From the sequence record PZ347775.1: 64,000 nt of DNA; one strand, given 5' to 3'. The DNA comes from a phage. Below, one piece after another: positions 58,142 through 64,000 of this stretch (position 1 is the first letter of the stretch; each line of letters starts with the position of its first letter). A program made the position numbers and the translations under genes. The notes under the pieces were generated by a model. It saw only the letters and a list, made by a program, of their open reading frames with translations, searched no databases and was not told the DNA's origin.

Positions 58142-59601
58142 AGACCAGTTACCTCATGAAAATCACCAAATACATCCTCGAATGTATTAGCTTTAGTTTT
58201 ATCTTCACGTAAACGAATCGCAATCGGAAGAAATAATTTAACGTAATCAGTGCGGCCGTCAGATTTTAACCAACCATTGCATTCGCACTCTAGAATTTTT
58301 CCAATATAATAATTTTGGTTTTCCATAATGCGAGTACGGTCAAGTTCATGTGATTTTACACCGGCTTTATCTTTTAAGCCTGAACCAGCATTCACTTTAA
58401 TTTTTCCACACTCTGATTCAAGAATAAATCCACCGGCTTTAGTAGGGTCTTTACGGTGAGGATAAATTCCTACAATTTTTAAATCAACATCAATTACTTC
58501 TTTAAATTTATAGAGATTTTTTGAACGAGCATTTTCCCACAATCCATCGGTATTTTTGAGAATAATACCTTCAAGACCTTGGTCAATATATTTTTTATAA
58601 ATTACCTTAGCTTCATCTAGGTTATTTACTACCTGGTTTTCAATTAAAATTACTTTATCATATCCTGATGTCATTTGTTCTAGTTTAGAAAAACGTACAT
58701 CATATTTCAAACGAAATGCAGGAAGACCGTATATTTCTACCAACGGGACATAATCCCAGACCTGAAACTTCATGCATTGAGCTTCTTTTTCAGAAATGGT
58801 TCCCTTTAAAGATTTATTGGCGATTCCATTAGAAGTAGTACGAGATTCCGCTACTTCGGCGAATTCTTTAGCTTTACTAATTTCAGGATAAGCATCAAAA
58901 AGAAAATCTAGGCCTTCTGGTTCCTTTTTAACTTGCTCATGGTATACCAATTCGCCATCAATTAACACACCTTCTGGATGAATCTGGCGGGCTTCAGCAG
59001 TCATTTTGATTAACTCTTCCTTAAGAAGATCTAATCCTAGATATTCATTACCAGCTCGTGATAAAAGACGAACATCATCTAATTCATCGCCTCGGACTTC
59101 AGCAAAACACCGAGCTCCATCTGCTTTTAACTGCGCAAAGGCTGGAAACTTGATATTCTTATTAATGCCCTTTTCATCATAAGAACTTGCCAGCATTTGA
59201 GGTTGTTCAGGAATTAAACCTGGCCAAACTTTATTTGCAATAGATACTGAAGCACCGCATTCAAGGTCTCGCATCATAACTCGACGCAAAACTTCAACAT
59301 CATCCTTTTTACCATCAGTGATATATCCAGTTAATTCCTCAATTGCAGCATTTCCAGTCAATTTCCGAGTAGCTAACGTGAATTCAATGAAGTCGAGCAT
59401 ATCTGTAAGAGTCAACATTCCAAAACTCTGGGTAGCAATACCAGGTTTAGGCCATTTCTTGATATAATACTGTAACCCACGAGAATAAGTTAGACGATAT
59501 ACTCGTTTAAGCAATTCATTATCTTTATTCTTTTCAAGAATTGCTTGCTTCTGCTTAGTTGATCCAATAGATGCTATTTCATTCAGAATTTTAAGAATCA
59601 T
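58138..59601 (-). CDS. 30: gp30 ATP-dependent DNA ligase (487 aa)
   Basis: Adenylation lysine motif in FAQLKADGARC; sequence recognised as T4 DNA ligase. Confidence 0.97.
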   Translation of the reverse strand: MILKILNEIASIGSTKQKQAILEKNKDNELLKRVYRLTYSRGLQYYIKKWPKPGIATQSFGMLTLTDMLDFIEFTLATRKLTGNAAIEELTGYITDGKKDDVEVLRRVMMRDLECGASVSIANKVWPGLIPEQPQMLASSYDEKGINKNIKFPAFAQLKADGARCFAEVRGDELDDVRLLSRAGNEYLGLDLLKEELIKMTAEARQIHPEGVLIDGELVYHEQVKKEPEGLDFLFDAYPEISKAKEFAEVAESRTTSNGIANKSLKGTISEKEAQCMKFQVWDYVPLVEIYGLPAFRLKYDVRFSKLEQMTSGYDKVILIENQVVNNLDEAKVIYKKYIDQGLEGIILKNTDGLWENARSKNLYKFKEVIDVDLKIVGIYPHRKDPTKAGGFILESECGKIKVNAGSGLKDKAGVKSHELDRTRIMENQNYYIGKILECECNGWLKSDGRTDYVKLFLPIAIRLREDKTKANTFEDVFGDFHEVTGL

Positions 59602-59867
59602 TGTTCATCCTTCAGAGTTTGATTTACAGCTCTATTATAAATCAATTCATCATTAAGCTCAGTCAAAGACTTATGATATGTAGTTCTAACTTTATTTCCT
59701 TGCATCCAGTGCTTGACGTAAATGAAACCTTGCTCTACACATTTTTTAAAAATTCGTTCGTCTTTTTGAGCTCGGAATTCTGGATTGCATCTAAAAAATT
59801 GATTTACGTGACCGTAATCACGCGTAGTATTACCTTCATTTTCATAAATAGTGTGAACGACAAACAT
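59598..59867 (-). CDS. hypothetical protein (89 aa), 30.1 position
   Basis: ORF overlapping the gene 30 start. Confidence 0.6.
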   Translation of the reverse strand: MFVVHTIYENEGNTTRDYGHVNQFFRCNPEFRAQKDERIFKKCVEQGFIYVKHWMQGNKVRTTYHKSLTELNDELIYNRAVNQTLKDEQ

Positions 59868-60730
59868 TAGAATGCTCCTTGGAAAATATTATCACCACTA
59901 GTAAATCTATTAAAATACCCTGCATCACCAGGCTTAGTATAACTCCACGTATGGAATGGATTCATATGATACGGGTGTGTATAATATGGATTATATGGAT
60001 GTGTATAATATGGATTATACGGATTAAATCCAGGAGTTCTCCAGGTAGTGTTCCAACGAAAAGAATCGTTTTTAACCATCTTCTCAATTACATCTTTTAT
60101 AGCTTTTTCACTATCAAAACTTTCTTTATTTTCCTTCGGTGAAAAAAGTTTATTTTCTACATCATTCCATGTATAAACTCGCTGAGCAGTTTTTGGAATA
60201 TTGTCACGCTCTCCTCGCGCCATCCAATAAACAGGAACATTTAATATTTCATTCGCATGATCGCAATGGTGAGCAAGATCGTCAATATAACAAATTACGT
60301 TATATTTCTCTTTTGCCTTTTTGAATAACTCTTCTTTTGAAGAATCATGACCACACATCATTACTTCTGAGAAGGCACCAGGAAAAAGAGCATTCAAATT
60401 AAATTGACGATTCAACAGAGCGTCAATAGAATCACCTAATGCTGTAACAGCTACAAAATTATAATCTTCTTTTAATTTGTTAATTACACACAGTGCATCT
60501 TTATATGGAGACAAATAACGAATAAAATCTGAACGATTGTATTTTTCAATTAACTTGACGCCAAGTTCTTCATCACAATTAAAGAGTTTACCCGGAGAAA
60601 TAAATTTCTCATCTTGGATCATTTTTAAAATATGTTCTAACGGAAGATTATATTTCTGAGCAAAATAAGGAAGGCCTGATTGCCAGCTTAAACATACTCC
60701 ATCAATATCAGTCAAAATAGTAGGCTTCAT
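59867..60730 (-). CDS. HAD-superfamily-like hydrolase (287 aa) with repeated C-terminal octapeptide, 30.2 position
   Basis: HAD motif I ILTDIDGV and DD motif IDDLAHH; C-terminal YNPYYTHP x2. Confidence 0.6.
   Translation of the reverse strand: MKPTILTDIDGVCLSWQSGLPYFAQKYNLPLEHILKMIQDEKFISPGKLFNCDEELGVKLIEKYNRSDFIRYLSPYKDALCVINKLKEDYNFVAVTALGDSIDALLNRQFNLNALFPGAFSEVMMCGHDSSKEELFKKAKEKYNVICYIDDLAHHCDHANEILNVPVYWMARGERDNIPKTAQRVYTWNDVENKLFSPKENKESFDSEKAIKDVIEKMVKNDSFRWNTTWRTPGFNPYNPYYTHPYNPYYTHPYHMNPFHTWSYTKPGDAGYFNRFTSGDNIFQGAF
59977..60024. repeat. 2 x 24-bp direct tandem repeat (23/24 identical) within the HAD-like gene
   Basis: GTGTATAATATGGATTATATGGAT / GTGTATAATATGGATTATACGGAT. Confidence 0.8.
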
Positions 60731-61185
60731 AGAGAGTCTCTTAATAGGTTTAACACATCAATAAATTCAGCTTCGGTTAGTATTGTATCATCTTTTGTTA
60801 GACCACTAGCCATGCTGTGCTTCAAAACTTTTCCTTTCGAGGCTTGTAATGCATCACGAAAGCCCCTGTTTTGGATCGCTGCTTCAAAATATGCATTTGT
60901 GTATAATTCTTTCCATGCTTCGGAATATCTTGAAAACGGAGTTCCAAGCCAGAACAACGTGCCACGGTCCTGAGCTCTTGCATAAGACCTTCCAGCTTGT
61001 TGGGCGGCAAGCCCGGATAACCCAAATATGCGTCTTTGCTGTTCAACATTTTTCACCTTGCATCCTTGGAGGAATCCTTCGAGACCTCCAAATTGGATAC
61101 CGTCCATAACAAAAGGCCATTGGGCGAAATTACTTAATGCACATGATGGCCATCTAAAATTGCTTCTAATCTCTAACTCAGACAT
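60727..61185 (-). CDS. NADAR/YbiA-like (DUF1768-type) protein (152 aa), 30.3 position
   Basis: N-terminal block ALSNFAQWPFVMDGIQFGGLEGFLQGCK resembles the YbiA/NADAR signature; assignment from memory of the family. Confidence 0.55.
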   Translation of the reverse strand: MSELEIRSNFRWPSCALSNFAQWPFVMDGIQFGGLEGFLQGCKVKNVEQQRRIFGLSGLAAQQAGRSYARAQDRGTLFWLGTPFSRYSEAWKELYTNAYFEAAIQNRGFRDALQASKGKVLKHSMASGLTKDDTILTEAEFIDVLNLLRDSL

Positions 61186-61393
61186 CTTTAATACTTATAA
61201 TTTCAATATCAGCCCAATGACCATAACTTGGTAAACGGTCTTCAATAGATAATCCGCCATCATATTTAAGCATTTTAATTGTCATAATATATGGCTCTAA
61301 ATGGTCTTCAGTGAGCGGAGAGACATCAGTCACACGATAAGTAACTTCGACCATTTCCGTGCCCAGTAATTTCTGGATTAATTTCTTAAACAT
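61178..61393 (-). CDS. hypothetical protein (71 aa)
   Basis: ORF in minus-strand early operon. Confidence 0.5.
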   Translation of the reverse strand: MFKKLIQKLLGTEMVEVTYRVTDVSPLTEDHLEPYIMTIKMLKYDGGLSIEDRLPSYGHWADIEIISIKDV

Positions 61394-61397
61394 TTTA

Positions 61398-61685
61398 TTA
61401 AAATCTCATCTGAAAACCGTGTGATTTAACATTACCGCCGCCGATATCAGAAATGTTAATTTCACGCGCAATTGAAGGGTCAATGTCAATTTCACGATTA
61501 AGTTTAGTGATAGCTAAAGTATCGCGGCCATTTACAGTACGGAACTCTAAAGGGCAGACTACATTAACATAGTTTTTAATCGATTCACTAGTAGGCTGCA
61601 AATGAGCAGGAAGGTCTTTAGGTGCCTTAGAGAAAACCACTTCACAGAAATTTTTGCGGGTATCAAAATAAGTAGTCATAAACAT
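61398..61685 (-). CDS. hypothetical protein (95 aa)
   Basis: ORF with SD GAGGAAAATA. Confidence 0.55.
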   Translation of the reverse strand: MFMTTYFDTRKNFCEVVFSKAPKDLPAHLQPTSESIKNYVNVVCPLEFRTVNGRDTLAITKLNREIDIDPSIAREINISDIGGGNVKSHGFQMRF

Positions 61686-61726
61686 AGTATTTTCCTCAGT
61701 AAGGGGCCGAAGCCCCTCATTTTATT

Positions 61727-62092
61727 TTAAATATCAAATTCGTTAAGAACTACATCAAAGATTGCTTCAAGATGCTCAGGTTTAGCTCTGTTACTCAGAA
61801 TATGACGAATCCAAGTTTTAACCAGAAGCTTGCGATTAACGCCATTCCAGCAAGGATGAGTCCCTAAATCACGTTGACGAAAATCATCATCCAAAGCGAT
61901 TTTAAAAGAAGAACCTTCTTTCGTGATTGAAACCGTAATGCCATTTTCAAATCGCATATAAACGTAGTTAGGAGTCATATACTGTTCAATTTCGCATACT
62001 GATCCATTTTGATGTTTCCAAAGGCAGATAGTATCAATAGAACCTGCAATACCGTTAGAAACATATTTACGTTCAAAGTTGATGTAGTTCAT
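61727..62092 (-). CDS. hypothetical protein (121 aa)
   Basis: ORF with SD GGAGAATAAA. Confidence 0.55.
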   Translation of the reverse strand: MNYINFERKYVSNGIAGSIDTICLWKHQNGSVCEIEQYMTPNYVYMRFENGITVSITKEGSSFKIALDDDFRQRDLGTHPCWNGVNRKLLVKTWIRHILSNRAKPEHLEAIFDVVLNEFDI

Positions 62093-62160
62093 TTTTATTC
62101 TCCGAGATGTTTAATTGCGGTACAGGTATATAATATCATATCCTGTACCAAAGTAAACAA

Positions 62161-62493
62161 TTATTTTACTACTTTCCAGTGCTGCATGTCAAGTTTACCA
62201 ACTTTTTTCATCTTCTCAATTAAGCGTTCGGCACGTTGGCGAGCTGTAACATAATACCATTCACCCAATTCATTTTGTTCAATTTTTCCAACGATTACTG
62301 TATTCAATTCATAAATCCAACCAGTAAAGAAATTATGAACTTGGATTGTAAAGGTGAAATCTGTTCCCATACCTTCTGTTGTTTCTACTTCAATAATATC
62401 ACCTTCAACTGCCATTAAGAACCACATAGTTTCATCATATTTACCATTGAAGCATTTAGTTTTAACTGTGGCGTTCAGATTAATCGTTTTCAT
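62161..62493 (-). CDS. hypothetical protein (110 aa)
   Basis: ORF with SD AAGGAGAATAAA and early promoter upstream. Confidence 0.55.
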   Translation of the reverse strand: MKTINLNATVKTKCFNGKYDETMWFLMAVEGDIIEVETTEGMGTDFTFTIQVHNFFTGWIYELNTVIVGKIEQNELGEWYYVTARQRAERLIEKMKKVGKLDMQHWKVVK

Positions 62494-62520
62494 TTTATTC
62501 TCCTTTGTTTGTGTAAGATA

Positions 62521-62550
62521 ATACTATCACAAAGGAACCATACTGTAAAC
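62521..62550 (-). promoter_or_regulatory. T4 early-type promoter (TTTACA, 17 bp, TAGTAT)
   Basis: Minus strand hexamers with 17-bp spacer. Confidence 0.5.
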
Positions 62551-62603
62551 AACTTTGTGCAATCTTTGGAAAATAAAAAAGGACTCCCGAAGGAGTCCTC
62601 AAC

Positions 62604-62780
62604 TTATGCTTTCTGCTTACCAAAACGAGAAGCATCATCTCGAAGAACCGCACGTGCTCGACGCATGATCTTCTCAACAGTTTGATTGATACGAGAGTTC
62701 GACCCACGCTTGTAGCCAGCGCGTTTAGAATCACCAACTTTCTTTTCAACTGCTTTCTTTGCTTTAACTTGTTTTGCCAT
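62604..62780 (-). CDS. small lysine/arginine-rich basic protein (58 aa from MAKQVKAKK)
   Basis: Track ORF 62604-62822 has no SD at the first ATG; the Met at 62780 has an AAGAGA purine tract upstream. Confidence 0.5.
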   Translation of the reverse strand: MAKQVKAKKAVEKKVGDSKRAGYKRGSNSRINQTVEKIMRRARAVLRDDASRFGKQKA

Positions 62781-62822
62781 TATAAATTCTCTTTTAAATG
62801 AAAATGCAGGACTTATTGGCAT

Positions 62823-63176
62823 TGCCTGCGCAAGCCCTCAAGGGGAACATAGGTTTTGGATATTTAACGACAGGATAACCATAAACCCGTCATCATACCT
62901 TATAGCTCTTATCTGTTGCACACCGTTAGCTTAAAGGTTCCGGGTCCGATTTCTCGAGGATAAGATATATACTGATGGATATATAGGCCTTGAGGCGTAC
63001 TCCCGATTGGCCATCACCTCGGGGTAGCATGCACTTGCCGCTATAAGAATAACATTCAAGAGGTACACCGTAAAACTGCCGGGGTCTTAAAACTATAATG
63101 ATTCGCAAATCATTAATCAGACAGTTCGACGGCTCCTCGTTTTAACTTCACACTAAGGCAGTGACTCTCCAATAAA
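62823..63176 (-). other. about 350-bp non-coding, GC-richer region with long-range inverted repeats; candidate structured RNA
   Basis: No convincing ORF on either strand; CCTCAAGG at about 62834 is complementary to CCTTGAGG at about 63033; several other GC-rich complementary segments. Confidence 0.3.
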
Positions 63177-63425
63177 TTACTTCAGTGTTACCACAAAGTG
63201 ACGAACTGCTTTTCGTGCGGCAGAAGCCAGAGGCTTAGCATATTTAAGTTCATCTTTTTCCTGAAGCTCAGCAGCTAATGCAGTTTGAGCAGGATTCAGA
63301 TGTTTGAAATAACGAAGGATTTCAAGAGCTTCGGCTTCAACATCAATAGATGCACCATAGTTTTCGTGACCATTATTCCATGCGTTTCGTTGCAGTTCAA
63401 GAGCGTGTTGTAATTGTTTAATCAT
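63177..63425 (-). CDS. rIII: rIII lysis-inhibition accessory protein (82 aa)
   Basis: 82-aa protein MIKQLQHALELQRNAW...; position upstream of gene 31 as in T4. Confidence 0.8.
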   Translation of the reverse strand: MIKQLQHALELQRNAWNNGHENYGASIDVEAEALEILRYFKHLNPAQTALAAELQEKDELKYAKPLASAARKAVRHFVVTLK

Positions 63426-63572
63426 TTAAAAATTCTCGTTAGAGATTAAAACTCGGTAGTCACGTTCTTCTGAATTTCATCTTCTTTCGACAGATCTCTC
63501 AGTTGTAGACTACCACGTAGAATTGTTCGGTTAACTTATTATTCCGACACCCAATTCATATTATTATTTATA

Positions 63573-63908
63573 TCACTTATAAAGACACGGAATAGCTTTA
63601 TAGTGACAGGTAACGAATTTTTGTTTAATTTCTTTTGGCTGCTTAAGACCCAGAGCTACAAAAGGATGCGGAACGTTTCGAATTTGACCAACTGGAAGAG
63701 AAGTCAAATCACCAACTTCGCAGAAACCTTCAGGAACATCAGGACCAACAGAGTGAATTACACATAGTTCAGGAACTTCACCTTGGACACGTTTACCGAT
63801 AATAAGTCCTGATTCTGTAACTTCTTCATCACCGGCTTGTGCAGGTTCAGAAACTAAAATAACATATTCACCGACAGCACGAATTGGTAGCTGTTGTACT
63901 TCAGACAT
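63573..63908 (-). CDS. 31: gp31 GroES-like co-chaperonin (111 aa)
   Basis: 111-aa protein; position and length as T4 gp31. Confidence 0.9.
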   Translation of the reverse strand: MSEVQQLPIRAVGEYVILVSEPAQAGDEEVTESGLIIGKRVQGEVPELCVIHSVGPDVPEGFCEVGDLTSLPVGQIRNVPHPFVALGLKQPKEIKQKFVTCHYKAIPCLYK

Positions 63909-63937
63909 CGTTTTTCCTTTTTGTTAACAGATGAGTT

Positions 63938-63964
63938 AATAATAACAAATAATTCTTAAAGCAT
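63938..63964 (-). promoter_or_regulatory. MotA-dependent middle promoter (TGCTTTA, 12 bp, TATTAT) for gene 31
   Basis: Near-identical copy of the element at 4785-4811. Confidence 0.5.
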
Positions 63965-64000
63965 TTATTTACCAATAAATTGAAGCAAATGCTCAACTTT

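Noticed and set aside
59601-60142. Plus-strand ORFs 59601-59870 and 59879-60142
   Set aside because: Antisense to the 30.1 and HAD-like genes; the second simply mirrors the 24-bp tandem repeat; the whole region is transcribed on the minus strand.
62926-63108. 60-aa minus-strand ORF in the GC-richer non-coding region
   Set aside because: No SD, translation looks random (MRIIIVLRPRQFYG...); the region is better explained as structured non-coding sequence.

Overview
This window is a contiguous piece of a T4-like (Tequatrovirus-type) myovirus genome, not a bacterial chromosome. Calls rest on reading the supplied ORF translations against remembered T4 protein lengths, N-termini and motifs, plus manual tRNA folding and promoter/terminator reading; no database search was run. 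Layout, left to right: (1) 1-6470, minus-strand early region of small unknown ORFs, an 11-gene tRNA array and three ORFs carrying an internal-protein capsid-targeting N-terminus; (2) 6483-9856, minus-strand genes 57B, 57A, 1, 3, 2, 4; (3) 9904-39846, the plus-strand late block 53, 5, 5.1, 5.4, 6-12, wac, 13-20, 67, 68, 21-24 with TATAAATA late promoters and hairpin terminators; (4) 39875-47076, rnlB, hoc, inh, uvsW, uvsW.1, uvsY, 25, 26; (5) 47127-53366, baseplate hub genes 51, 27, 28, 29, 48, 54; (6) 53395-63908, minus-strand alt / DNA ligase (30) / 30.x / rIII / 31 region. No CRISPR array, integrase, transposase or homing endonuclease was recognised. The most interesting points are in the accessory regions: two tandem full-length Alt-type ADP-ribosyltransferase genes, a NADAR/YbiA-like ORF and a HAD-like ORF beside the ligase, three capsid-targeting-sequence ORFs (one bracketed by a duplicated terminator hairpin), a tRNA set larger than the canonical T4 eight, and a ~350-bp GC-richer non-coding stretch next to rIII. 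Coordinates of hand-derived small features may be off by a few bases.
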